From a virus (taxonomy: Duplodnaviria; Caudoviricetes), in the IMG/VR virus record IMGVR_UViG_3300031519_000152, positions 1 through 29,138 of that record: a stretch of DNA of 29,138 nt; one strand, written 5' to 3'. The stretch's first letter is position 1; every line of letters starts with the position of its first letter. Below, in pieces: positions 14,265 to 23,305 of this stretch. Position numbers and translations under genes: made by a program. The notes under the pieces were generated by a model, which ran no database searches, was not told the origin of the DNA, and worked only from the letters and a program-made list of their open reading frames with translations.

Positions 14265-15937
14265 TGACATTTGAGGAGAATGGAATATCAGTAAGAAATA
14301 CAAGTGGGCAAGAAAAAACGCAATGCCCAAAATGTTCACATACAAGAAGAAAGGGTTCTGATCCTTGCCTATCAGTAAATATAGATGAGGGTGTATGGCA
14401 TTGCCATCATTGTGGTTGGAAAGGTTCATTGAATAAAAAGTTAAGTAACTTAACAATTCCAAAACCAATTGTAAAACCCGATCCACCAAAAACAGAATTA
14501 CCTGAACAAGTTTACAAATGGTTTGAAGATCGTGGTATATCAGATACTGTGGTAGATGCTGAGAAGATCGGATACAATAATAGATGGATTCAGTTTCCTT
14601 TTTATAAAGATGGAGAAGTGGTTAATATTAAATCAAGAACGGCAGATAAAAAGTTTAGGCAATCTAAAAATGCTGAGAAATGTTTTTATAGATTTGATCA
14701 TATGAAAGGTATGGAAACTATCATTATAACTGAAGGAGAGATGGATGCTTTGTCTTTAGTTCAAGCAGGATTTACTAATGTTGTAAGTGTTCCCGATGGT
14801 GCTACTGCTCCAAACTCTAAACCAAGTGACCTAAAGTTTAGCTATTTGTTATCAGCAGAAGAACATTTAATGAATGCTAATACTGTTATATTATGCACTG
14901 ATAATGATGGAGCAGGAAAACATCTTAGAGATGAATTATCAAGGCGTATAGGTAGAGAGAAATGTTATCGAGTTACATACCCCGAAGATTGTAAGGATAT
15001 GAATGAGGTCTTGGTTAAGCATGGAGAGGAGTGTATATTAGATATAGTTAGTAATACGCATCCCTACCCTATTGAGGGTGTAGTTACTATAGAAGATATT
15101 GAAGATGATGCTATTGACTTACTTGAAAATCCCGAACACCTTGGTTTATCTACTGGTTGGGTTGCTTTAGATGGCACATATAGAGTTAGTCCATCTGAAC
15201 TTACAGTTGTTACTGGTGTACCTAACATGGGTAAATCTGAGTGGTTGGATGCCCTAATGATTAATATGGTACAACATCACTCTTGGAAGTTCGGCGTATT
15301 TTCAGCAGAAAACTTTCCAGTAAAACACCATTTATTAAAATTAGTTAGTAAATTTAATGGTAAACCTTTTTGGGGTGATGATAAAATGGATAGTGTAACT
15401 GCGAGAGCAAGTATGAGAGTTATGAATGAACATATAAAGTTTATAGGCACTCAAGAAGATTCTGTTACTATTGAATCTATTCTTGAACAGGCTAAGATAT
15501 TAAACTATAGATATGGTCTAAATGGTCTAGTTATTGATCCATGGAATACATTAGAACACAAGTACAGGAAAGGAGAGAATGAGACTAATTATGTATCTAG
15601 GGTATTAGCACAGATGAATGCTTTTGCTAAAGTTAATGAGATACATATTTGGCTTGTGGCTCATCCTAGAAAGATGGAAAACGATCTGAATGGAAAGGTG
15701 CAAGTGCCAACATTATATTCCATAGCTGGTTCTGCGAATTTTTTCAACAAGGCAGACAATGGTATAACTATACATAGACATAAAAGTGATGACCATGACT
15801 ATGTTGGAGTTCATGTGCAAAAGGTTCGTTTTCAATATAAGAATGGTAAACCAAACAAAGCTAAATTAAGCTACGATATAAGGAGTGGTAGATATGGAGA
15901 ATACTTTGAAGAAGTTAAAGAAAATCTATTTGGATAA
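14264..15937 (+). CDS. DNA primase-helicase (T7 gp4 / Twinkle-like)
   Basis: Zinc finger CPKC...CHHC, TOPRIM ITEGEMDAL and DNDGAG, helicase Walker A GVPNMGKS, LVIDPW, LVAHPRK. Confidence 0.93.
   Translation: MTFEENGISVRNTSGQEKTQCPKCSHTRRKGSDPCLSVNIDEGVWHCHHCGWKGSLNKKLSNLTIPKPIVKPDPPKTELPEQVYKWFEDRGISDTVVDAEKIGYNNRWIQFPFYKDGEVVNIKSRTADKKFRQSKNAEKCFYRFDHMKGMETIIITEGEMDALSLVQAGFTNVVSVPDGATAPNSKPSDLKFSYLLSAEEHLMNANTVILCTDNDGAGKHLRDELSRRIGREKCYRVTYPEDCKDMNEVLVKHGEECILDIVSNTHPYPIEGVVTIEDIEDDAIDLLENPEHLGLSTGWVALDGTYRVSPSELTVVTGVPNMGKSEWLDALMINMVQHHSWKFGVFSAENFPVKHHLLKLVSKFNGKPFWGDDKMDSVTARASMRVMNEHIKFIGTQEDSVTIESILEQAKILNYRYGLNGLVIDPWNTLEHKYRKGENETNYVSRVLAQMNAFAKVNEIHIWLVAHPRKMENDLNGKVQVPTLYSIAGSANFFNKADNGITIHRHKSDDHDYVGVHVQKVRFQYKNGKPNKAKLSYDIRSGRYGEYFEEVKENLFG
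14436..14458. promoter_or_regulatory. GTTAA-N5-TTAAC palindrome, site 6 (intragenic)
   Basis: AAAAGTTAAGTAACTTAACAATT, perfect core, in the linker after the primase zinc finger. Confidence 0.5.
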
Positions 15938-16112
15938 GGTATATGCAATGCCTGAAGATGCAGGAACAAATATGGACTATGGAATCCGTAAGATGGCTCA
16001 AAGAAATCAAGAAGAGTTTGATAAGGTATGGATTAAGCATAGAGAAGGAAAAGCTACATTCAAAGAATGGGAAACGGCTTTAGATAAATGGTTAAACTCG
16101 GAGTTAGTATGA
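15885..16112 (+). CDS. Hypothetical protein
   Basis: 75 aa ORF overlapping the helicase end; exact start uncertain. Confidence 0.65.
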   Translation: MVDMENTLKKLKKIYLDKVYAMPEDAGTNMDYGIRKMAQRNQEEFDKVWIKHREGKATFKEWETALDKWLNSELV

Positions 16113-16276
16113 ATTGTCCATATTGCCTATCAAAGCTAATTTGGACTAGTGATTTCGATTATGAAGATTGTAATTTACAAGGGCAAGGCGTTGTCACTAT
16201 GTATCATTGTCCCTCTTATAGTTGCGATACAGAAATAGAAGTACATCATACAATTACAAAAAAAGAAGAGGACTAA
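16109..16276 (+). CDS. Small zinc-ribbon protein
   Basis: Start moved to the ATGA overlap at 16109 (GGAG RBS); MNCPYC...HCPSYSC. Confidence 0.7.
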   Translation: MNCPYCLSKLIWTSDFDYEDCNLQGQGVVTMYHCPSYSCDTEIEVHHTITKKEED

Positions 16277-16277
16277 A

Positions 16278-17042
16278 ATGAAAGTTAAAAGATATATTGT
16301 AACACCTGACAAACATTTTCCGTTAGCTGATATGAAAGCTATAAGTGTTGTTTGTCAAGCAATTGAGATTATAAAACCAGATGGTTATATTGATCTGGGT
16401 GACACAGGGGAATGGGCAAGTGTTTCAAGGTTTCAATATAAGAATAAAAAACAACCACCACTTGAAATCCAATTGCCTATTATATGTAAAGAAGTAGAAG
16501 AAGTAAATAAAGGCATGGATATTATTGATGAATCTTTAAACAGGGCTAAAGTAAAAGATAGACATTTTGTTCAGGGTAACCATGAAGAATGGTTGAATAA
16601 TTTTGTAGAAGAACATCCTTATTTAGCTAAAGATTTTCTTGTACCTAATGCACTTAAACTAAAAAAGAGAGGTTACAAATTTCACAAACTTGGTAAAATG
16701 CTCAAAATCGGAAAACTCAACTTTTATCATGGACATCATTATGCTAGTGTTCATCATGCTCGTAATCATCTCATACGTCTTGGGGGCAATGTTATGTATG
16801 GACATCATCACGACATACAACAATCTAGCGTCACTCATATAGATGGAGTTAAATCAGCTTGGTCTATTGGTTGCTTAAAAGACATGGGTTCTGAGGCTAA
16901 TGGATGGTTAGGGAATAAGCAACATAATTGGCAACACGCTTTTGCTATTGTAGATTTTTACCACTCAGGGTTTTTTACTGTTCATGTGGTTCAAATTGTG
17001 AATGGCAGGACTTCTTTATGGGGACAAGTCATCAAAGGATAG
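16278..17042 (+). CDS. Calcineurin-like metallophosphoesterase
   Basis: PDKH, LGD, GNHE, HG and GHHH motifs in the canonical order. Confidence 0.9.
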   Translation: MKVKRYIVTPDKHFPLADMKAISVVCQAIEIIKPDGYIDLGDTGEWASVSRFQYKNKKQPPLEIQLPIICKEVEEVNKGMDIIDESLNRAKVKDRHFVQGNHEEWLNNFVEEHPYLAKDFLVPNALKLKKRGYKFHKLGKMLKIGKLNFYHGHHYASVHHARNHLIRLGGNVMYGHHHDIQQSSVTHIDGVKSAWSIGCLKDMGSEANGWLGNKQHNWQHAFAIVDFYHSGFFTVHVVQIVNGRTSLWGQVIKG

Positions 17043-17045
17043 CAC

Positions 17046-17074
17046 TTGAATCTTATAATAAGGATAGTTAATTT
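17046..17074 (+). promoter_or_regulatory. Sigma70-like promoter
   Basis: TTGAAT(17046-51)-N17-TAATTT(17069-74), upstream of a GAGG RBS. Confidence 0.5.
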
Positions 17075-17095
17075 CAAATAAGAAATGAGGTACAT

Positions 17096-17230
17096 ATGTT
17101 TACACAAGGTCGATTTAAAGTAGAGTTTCCAGAGTCAATGTCTCAAGAAGACATACTTAAAATACAAGAGCAATTGATACGTTTATTAGAGCGTAATCAA
17201 TGCAAGGTGACTAGAAAAGATGAATCGTGA
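17096..17230 (+). CDS. Hypothetical protein (44 aa)
   Basis: Below the cut-off. GAGGT RBS; MFTQGRFKVEFPESMSQEDILKIQEQLIRLLERNQCKVTRKDES. Confidence 0.65.
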   Translation: MFTQGRFKVEFPESMSQEDILKIQEQLIRLLERNQCKVTRKDES

Positions 17231-17480
17231 AGTCTACTGGGGTACAATTTGTTGGGATGGTTATGACGAACATACCGAAGGAGAATATACCATCACAAGG
17301 TATAGTCTTGCTGATCTACTGGAAGGAATAGAATATTATATGGAATATTTTAAAGAAAGGTATCCTTATGTAGAATCTGCCTCTAGAGACATAGATAATA
17401 TAGAAACAGACATTACCATCATTGCACAAGAATTTATTAAAAACAAAACAGAGGAAATAAATGGAAAACAATACGTTTAA
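17220..17480 (+). CDS. Acidic hypothetical protein
   Basis: 86 aa, AAGGTG RBS. Confidence 0.7.
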   Translation: MNREVYWGTICWDGYDEHTEGEYTITRYSLADLLEGIEYYMEYFKERYPYVESASRDIDNIETDITIIAQEFIKNKTEEINGKQYV

Positions 17481-17991
17481 ACTAAACTCAGAAGATCGAC
17501 ATAATATTGAGTTAATGTACGATGAGCCAAAAATAGGTACAAACACTTATGGTGCATACTACCTTTATGGAGTAAAGAAAAACAAGCAAGATATGAGTTT
17601 CTTTGCTACAGCCAATTTGCATGAAAAGTTGTCTGATTGGGGTAAGGGATCAAAGCTAACTATTGTTAGAGATGAGTATGCCCCTAATAAGTTTGGTTAT
17701 AATCTAGAAGTAGTAAGTGGTAATCGTAAAGGTAAAGTAAGCCCTGCACCTCAAGCTAGTTCTAATGATTCTATAGATAACAGGACTCACGATATCCATA
17801 AGCAAGTATGCTTAAAGTTGGCAGTAGATTTGTTAGGTGAAGTTAAAGGTGTAATAACAGATGCTCAGTTAATTATGGTTGATGCTAATATGAACCATCT
17901 ACTTAATGTACTGGAAAATACAAGTAGTCAAAAAGTAGATGCTGAGAGTGTTGTAGTTGATAGTAATAGTGAAGAAGATTTTCCCTTCTAA
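17461..17991 (+). CDS. Putative single-stranded DNA-binding protein
   Basis: Beta-rich N-terminal domain, flexible linker and acidic C-terminal tail SNSEEDFPF like SSB tails; lies in the replication module. Confidence 0.65.
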   Translation: MENNTFKLNSEDRHNIELMYDEPKIGTNTYGAYYLYGVKKNKQDMSFFATANLHEKLSDWGKGSKLTIVRDEYAPNKFGYNLEVVSGNRKGKVSPAPQASSNDSIDNRTHDIHKQVCLKLAVDLLGEVKGVITDAQLIMVDANMNHLLNVLENTSSQKVDAESVVVDSNSEEDFPF

Positions 17992-18348
17992 ATGAAAAAA
18001 GCCTTATCTAAAAAACTCGATACTGCTTGGTCTAAAAAAGTTCGTGAATATGGGATGTGTGAAGTCTGCCATAAGACCTCAAGACTTAATGCCCATCATT
18101 TTTATTCACGAGCAATTAGAGCAGTTCGCTGGGATATAGATAATGGTTTTTGTCTCTGTGTTGGATGCCATGTGTTCTCCTCCTCTTTCTCTGCCCATAA
18201 AACCCCTGCTGAATTTGTAGAATGGGCAATTGAAAAGCGTGGCATCCAATGGTACGAAGATTTAAAAGAACGTAAGAATTGTATGACTAAATTTTCAGAT
18301 TTTGATGTAGATGGGTTATTGGAAATTATTAAAAAAAAAGTTATTTGA
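17992..18348 (+). CDS. NinG/Rap-like HNH-type nuclease
   Basis: KKLDTAWSKKVR...CEVC...AHHF.SR....RWDIDNGFCLCVGCH. Confidence 0.8.
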   Translation: MKKALSKKLDTAWSKKVREYGMCEVCHKTSRLNAHHFYSRAIRAVRWDIDNGFCLCVGCHVFSSSFSAHKTPAEFVEWAIEKRGIQWYEDLKERKNCMTKFSDFDVDGLLEIIKKKVI

Positions 18349-18358
18349 CTTAACTTTT
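18336..18358. promoter_or_regulatory. GTTAA-N5-TTAAC palindrome, site 7
   Basis: AAAAGTTATTTGACTTAACTTTT (one core mismatch), directly before the RBS of 18373. Confidence 0.6.
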
Positions 18359-18372
18359 AAAAAAGGAAAACT

Positions 18373-18633
18373 ATGAAAAAAGATATTAAAAGGTTAAAGG
18401 ACTTGAGACAGAAGGTTTCAAATATTTGGAGACATACAGAGATGGAGTTAGATGATTTGTCTAGGGCTGGTTTAAAGAAACAATTATTTGCTGTAAGTAG
18501 AGATATAAATGATTTAGTTGTAGAGTTAAGTACAGAAATTGAAACATCCAAGGGTTACACTTGTTCTCATTGTGAATCAGATGAAGTGTCTGTTTGTGAG
18601 CCTTGCTTGGATGATATGGAAGAAAAGATATAA
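18373..18633 (+). CDS. Hypothetical protein with coiled coil and C-terminal CxxC pairs
   Basis: 86 aa, AAAGGA RBS, CSHC...CEPC. Confidence 0.75.
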   Translation: MKKDIKRLKDLRQKVSNIWRHTEMELDDLSRAGLKKQLFAVSRDINDLVVELSTEIETSKGYTCSHCESDEVSVCEPCLDDMEEKI

Positions 18634-18786
18634 TGCCTTATAATGTGATATACTATTCTTGTCTGACTATCGCACAAAGCGTAGGAAGGAATATTCGCAA
18701 TCAGTTGAGCCTTAATTGGCTAACTGCGAAAAGAGTGGTAAATGAAACTATTTCTGGGTTGGCGTTTGGAAGTAATATAAGGCATT
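18632..18786 (+). ncRNA. Candidate multi-branched structured RNA (about 155 nt), family not recognised
   Basis: 11 bp closing stem 18632-42/18776-86, 10 bp stem 18651-60/18731-40, and three inner hairpins; G-U pairs favour the plus strand. Confidence 0.6.
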
Positions 18787-18813
18787 TGAAAATTAAAATA
18801 ACAAGGAGTTAAT

Positions 18814-18945
18814 ATGATGAGTTACTATCTATGGGAAGTCTTACAAACACAAGCGTTTGATGTTATATTACAAACACTTTATATTGTAGGAATATGGACA
18901 TTTATTACACTAAGGTTAAACAGAATAGAAGAGAAGTTATCGTGA
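18814..18945 (+). CDS. Small membrane protein (43 aa)
   Basis: AAGGAG RBS; MMSYYLWEVLQTQAFDVILQTLYIVGIWTFITLRLNRIEEKLS. Confidence 0.65.
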   Translation: MMSYYLWEVLQTQAFDVILQTLYIVGIWTFITLRLNRIEEKLS

Positions 18946-18947
18946 TT

Positions 18948-19088
18948 ATGTTTGATATTGCAGGATGGGTGGCAAATATCCTCATTCTTGGTCTTGGTAT
19001 ATTTTTTTGGGTTATCTCTTTAGGTATACTTGCCTATGTACTAACAGGGTTAATAGATAAAGTTTTGGAGTACAGATATGACAGTTAA
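18948..19088 (+). CDS. Small membrane protein
   Basis: Start moved to about 18942-18948, after the previous stop; long hydrophobic segment. Confidence 0.6.
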   Translation: MFDIAGWVANILILGLGIFFWVISLGILAYVLTGLIDKVLEYRYDS

Positions 19089-19398
19089 GGACTTTATCGA
19101 ATGGGCAGGAACAATGCAGTTTCAAGAGAATAAGATTATGCTTGAAAAAGGTAAAGAGTATACTGTTTCTAATAATGATAAGTTTAAAAACTTTAAAAGT
19201 ATTGGAGAAAGAATAAACCTTAATGCTGAAACTGTTGCTCTTGTATATTTATTAAAGCACATGGATTCTATTCGTAATTATGTATTGCATGGCAGAGAAT
19301 CAAGCGATGAAGATATTATGGGCAGAATACATGATGCAAGAAACTATTTATTATTATTAGGTGGCATAATTGAAGAAAGACGGAACAAGAAAGTATGA
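19078..19398 (+). CDS. DUF1599 / nucleotide-modification-associated domain-like protein
   Basis: KGKEY...DKFKNF...LKH...RIHDARNYL pattern of all-alpha NTP-pyrophosphatase-like phage proteins. Confidence 0.6.
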   Translation: MTVKDFIEWAGTMQFQENKIMLEKGKEYTVSNNDKFKNFKSIGERINLNAETVALVYLLKHMDSIRNYVLHGRESSDEDIMGRIHDARNYLLLLGGIIEERRNKKV

Positions 19399-19615
19399 TT
19401 CTATTCAATGGGTTATTGATGCCCTTGATAATGAAATAGTAGAAAAGAAATCAAGAGAAAATCATAAAACAGATGAGATTAGGGCAGATGAGAATTTGTG
19501 GTGGTGTCCTGAATGTAAAAAGAAATGGAACTGGTATGAAGGCGAAGTATGGAGTTCCTCAGATGTTAAACTATGGGATGCTAAAGTATGTCCAAATTGC
19601 GATTCCCCTGCTTAA
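19370..19615 (+). CDS. Zinc-ribbon hypothetical protein
   Basis: CPEC...CPNC; TTG start, uncertain. Confidence 0.65.
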   Translation: MKKDGTRKYDSIQWVIDALDNEIVEKKSRENHKTDEIRADENLWWCPECKKKWNWYEGEVWSSSDVKLWDAKVCPNCDSPA

Positions 19616-19941
19616 TTAAAGATGGTAAAATGACTCTTCAGAATAAAGAAGAGTTTAATAACACGATTGCCAAGTTAAGTGGGGATTATTATATAGAGTT
19701 GAAAGAAACAGGGGTTCGTTCCTCTCAACAAAATAATTATTATTGGAAGATCGTTAATATACTTGCCGATGATCTAGGTTATACTGAACAGGAAATGCAC
19801 TCAACACTAAAGAATCACTTCGAGGTGGAGAGTACAAAAACACTCACAACAAAAGAGTTTGCCAAGTTAATAGAACAGATTATAAGATGGTCTGCTATTG
19901 ACTTGGGAATTGTTATACCTGACCCTAAAACTCTTCAATAA
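19588..19941 (+). CDS. NinB-like protein
   Basis: RSSQQNNYYW...MHSTLK...STKTLTTKEFAKLIEQI...GIVIPDP. Confidence 0.75.
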   Translation: MSKLRFPCLIKDGKMTLQNKEEFNNTIAKLSGDYYIELKETGVRSSQQNNYYWKIVNILADDLGYTEQEMHSTLKNHFEVESTKTLTTKEFAKLIEQIIRWSAIDLGIVIPDPKTLQ

Positions 19942-21154
19942 ACGATAAGCTAGTATTCCAAACTCTATTAGCAACCTGAGTAAACGATGGTTCGTTATTT
20001 AATCTACACCATAAAAAACTATCTGTAGCCGTAGCAGTATCTTTATCGTATTGCATTAGCAATGGAAACATTCCTGAGTGTGTTTTATGAATTAAGTTTG
20101 GTACAATCGTATTATTTGTCTGAACTTCTCCTCTACCAAATAATTCATCTGCATATACATCTGTATCATCTAGATAACTAAACCCCATTTCTAAAGTTTT
20201 TCTTCCAGATTTATCGTGCTTTCCTACTGATGTACTTCCTGCTATTTCAAATGGTTCTAAGAACCAACTTGCTCCTTTAGTAAAAGTAGAGTGAGTGTAA
20301 GTTTGTCCACCAACTGAATTTTGCCTTTTAACCCCATCGAAAATAAACTTCTTTTTTATATCTAGGTCTGGTGAATGGGGAAAAGTATGCATTTCTCCAA
20401 TTAAAATAGCACCTATTTGAATGTCTGATGCAAAAGTACCAGTATTACTACCACTAGGATCAACTACTATTTTTAAATATTGATTATCGCTTGTAGCACT
20501 AAAAGAAGCTAAACTCCAACCATTGGTGCTAAATGTAGTATATCCTGTAAAAAATATATTTACTCCACCATTGTGCGTAGATGCACTCGAACTATTAAAT
20601 CCTCTAATAACAGTTAGTGTATCTGAGTTAATAGACCTAACATACATCTGCTCACTGTCAACTTTTATAATATCTCCTGCTGAAAATCTACTACCATGAC
20701 CACTTTCTACAGTAAGGTCTGTCCCCCCAGTATTCGCCATATTTACTTGCAAATTAGTTCCTGTATCGATATCTGATTGTGCATTAGTATTAACAATATC
20801 GGTTAAAGTAGATTGTTTAGCAGATGAAAAGTCGGAAGAATCATCTGTTTGGAGACTTATTTTTGCTCCTGCTTGATTTAAATTGTGTCCTAAAATTGCT
20901 ATAAAATTAGAGTCTTGTGTTGCATCTGTTCCTATAGTAGTATTTATATTTAGTTTAAATCCTACTGAAGCACCTCCACAATCAATAGTTTGCAAATTAC
21001 TTGGTTTCATATCAAAAAATTCATGTATTGATGATCCCGATAACATACTTGCACCTGAAGATGTAATGTCCGATGTAGCCATTTTACCATTAGATAGTAG
21101 CCAGTTGATGTTGTCTATGTATAATTTTGGTGTTGCCGTTCTTTGATAACTCAT
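19925..21154 (-). CDS. Tail / tail-tip structural protein
   Basis: 409 aa S/T/G-rich last gene of the tail operon; contains the common phage beta module IIKVDSEQMYV...LTVIRG...H. Confidence 0.7.
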   Translation of the reverse strand: MSYQRTATPKLYIDNINWLLSNGKMATSDITSSGASMLSGSSIHEFFDMKPSNLQTIDCGGASVGFKLNINTTIGTDATQDSNFIAILGHNLNQAGAKISLQTDDSSDFSSAKQSTLTDIVNTNAQSDIDTGTNLQVNMANTGGTDLTVESGHGSRFSAGDIIKVDSEQMYVRSINSDTLTVIRGFNSSSASTHNGGVNIFFTGYTTFSTNGWSLASFSATSDNQYLKIVVDPSGSNTGTFASDIQIGAILIGEMHTFPHSPDLDIKKKFIFDGVKRQNSVGGQTYTHSTFTKGASWFLEPFEIAGSTSVGKHDKSGRKTLEMGFSYLDDTDVYADELFGRGEVQTNNTIVPNLIHKTHSGMFPLLMQYDKDTATATDSFLWCRLNNEPSFTQVANRVWNTSLSFIEEF

Positions 21155-21163
21155 ATTTTCCTC

Positions 21164-23305
21164 TTAACTAATTGTTCCTATTTCTCTAGCTTTAAATTTT
21201 AATACACTTAAAGTTCTTGTTATTGAAGTTACCATAAATGCCACATTAGTAAAAGACTTAGCAAAGATTTTTTCAGGATACATATTAGAAAAATCAATAA
21301 TGTCTCCAATATCTAAATTAAAAAACTTAGGGTTTATTAAATTTGCACTTACTTCTACTTTAGGTTCTCCATGTATATTATGATAATATGCAAAGAAATC
21401 ATCATTATTATTGGCATTTTCTACAAGAACTGAGCTTGTGTAAGCATCTATAGTAGGAGCTACATAAGCATCTAAACTAATGTCTGATATATTTTCTTTA
21501 GCGTTAATGCCATAATTAGTTCTTGTGGTAGATGAAGATGCTCTTACTCCTGTTTCATATCTTTTTCCTGTAGGGTATTTATTGTAATTAATATCTGATC
21601 TAGTTTGTAAATCTTTATAATTTGTAAGCGTTACAGTAGGATTAGATATGTCTGCTTTAGTAATTGTATAATCAGAACTACTATAACTGTTTTTAATATG
21701 AATATATTGGGGTTCTGCTGTATTGCCTCTTTTAAATCGAAATATAAATCCACCTTCATATTGTAATTGATTTAAAATGCTTTTAAGTGATTTAACATCC
21801 AATAACCAGTACCTAATTAACCAAGCTGATTTACTACTCGCTAAGTCTGTCCACCCATCAATAGTGCTTGTATCAGCCGTTATATCAGCAAATCTATAAA
21901 GCATATCTCGATGTGCTTCATGTATTTTTGTAATAGCTAATCCCGTAGAGCCACCATCTACTAATTCCCATCCTGTTGCTGGTAATCCATCTCCACCACA
22001 ATAAGCAAACTCTATATCTCCTTCTTCACTTACAACCCTTGCTTTTGATGAGACTTCAGTAATTCTTATTTTAGTGTCTGTTGTCCCATTGTATGGAGTA
22101 GAAGAATTTACGGCAGTATATCCTATAGCTATTTTTATCGTTTCTGGAAAATTAATATCTAACTCTTCTCCATCATCCCCAATAGAAGCGTAAGTTTTTG
22201 TATAAGTAGTTGTCACAAAACCACTTGTAGAAGCAGTTTTTGTTTCTACAAGTTCAAAAGAATCTCCTGTTCCAGTCCAGTCTATATATATCCTAGAACT
22301 ATATTCACTTGTAGTCAAATTTTGAACTACATGACTTGAACTAAACTTAACTGTTAATACTAAATCTTTGGGTATGCCTTTAGGTTTAGGAAAAATATAA
22401 TCTATATCTGTATTTGCTTTAACTATAGTTATCCCTTCAGTACCAGAAGATAATGCTTGAGCAAATTGAGCATAGTTTCCTGTATTATTATCTAAAACAT
22501 CATCTTCATTAGTCCATGCATTATGATGGTCTGTTACTTCCGTTGGTCTATATTTGAACGATCTCGTAAAAGCAGAATCAGTTGTTGAGTAAAAATGATC
22601 TGCAAAGCTAGAATTAGTATTAGATATAACATCCCCAAAAGGAATAAAAGTATCTAAATTTTTATCATAAAACGCTAATTCTGCATTAGTAGTAATATCA
22701 GCAATACTTGTAGTAAATTGCTCTTCTCCACCCCTCGACTGATGATAGGGGGCAGGAAAATAATCTACACTTGTTAAATCTTGTGTAAACTGAGGTGAAG
22801 AATATGTAGTATTTGCGTTTTTTGTATAGTTACCATACTGAATAGGTACATAATTATTTTTTGATGTTTTATTTGTAGGTAATTCAATATTACTAAATGG
22901 ATTAAATGTTAGCATTTCAATAGTTATTTTATCAGAGTCCCTTGAGATACTAGATACTTTAAAATACCCTATAACATTAGGTGTCTCACTATTAATCATG
23001 GACTTAACAGTTACATTTTGATTAATAAAGTATATTGAACCACCAAAAAGTATTTCACTTATTAAACCATCGTTATACTGAAAATCTGGAATAGTTATAG
23101 ATACATTAGATGTTTTTGCCGTAGAACTACTTAAATTTATAGATTCCCTTATACTGGGCTTGTTTAGTATAGCACCATAATAAAAATTACTAGATACTGT
23201 ACAATCAGCAAAAGACAATCTTAAAGTAGTGCTACTAGTTCCTGCAATGTCAAATAACCAGTTTTCAACAATACTTGCTACTTTTATCTCATTGCCATAA
23301 GCCAT
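21164..23305 (-). CDS. Tail tip / hub-like protein
   Basis: 713 aa directly after the tape measure gene; C-terminal LDIGDIIDF motif typical of hub proteins. Confidence 0.7.
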   Translation of the reverse strand: MAYGNEIKVASIVENWLFDIAGTSSTTLRLSFADCTVSSNFYYGAILNKPSIRESINLSSSTAKTSNVSITIPDFQYNDGLISEILFGGSIYFINQNVTVKSMINSETPNVIGYFKVSSISRDSDKITIEMLTFNPFSNIELPTNKTSKNNYVPIQYGNYTKNANTTYSSPQFTQDLTSVDYFPAPYHQSRGGEEQFTTSIADITTNAELAFYDKNLDTFIPFGDVISNTNSSFADHFYSTTDSAFTRSFKYRPTEVTDHHNAWTNEDDVLDNNTGNYAQFAQALSSGTEGITIVKANTDIDYIFPKPKGIPKDLVLTVKFSSSHVVQNLTTSEYSSRIYIDWTGTGDSFELVETKTASTSGFVTTTYTKTYASIGDDGEELDINFPETIKIAIGYTAVNSSTPYNGTTDTKIRITEVSSKARVVSEEGDIEFAYCGGDGLPATGWELVDGGSTGLAITKIHEAHRDMLYRFADITADTSTIDGWTDLASSKSAWLIRYWLLDVKSLKSILNQLQYEGGFIFRFKRGNTAEPQYIHIKNSYSSSDYTITKADISNPTVTLTNYKDLQTRSDINYNKYPTGKRYETGVRASSSTTRTNYGINAKENISDISLDAYVAPTIDAYTSSVLVENANNNDDFFAYYHNIHGEPKVEVSANLINPKFFNLDIGDIIDFSNMYPEKIFAKSFTNVAFMVTSITRTLSVLKFKAREIGTIS

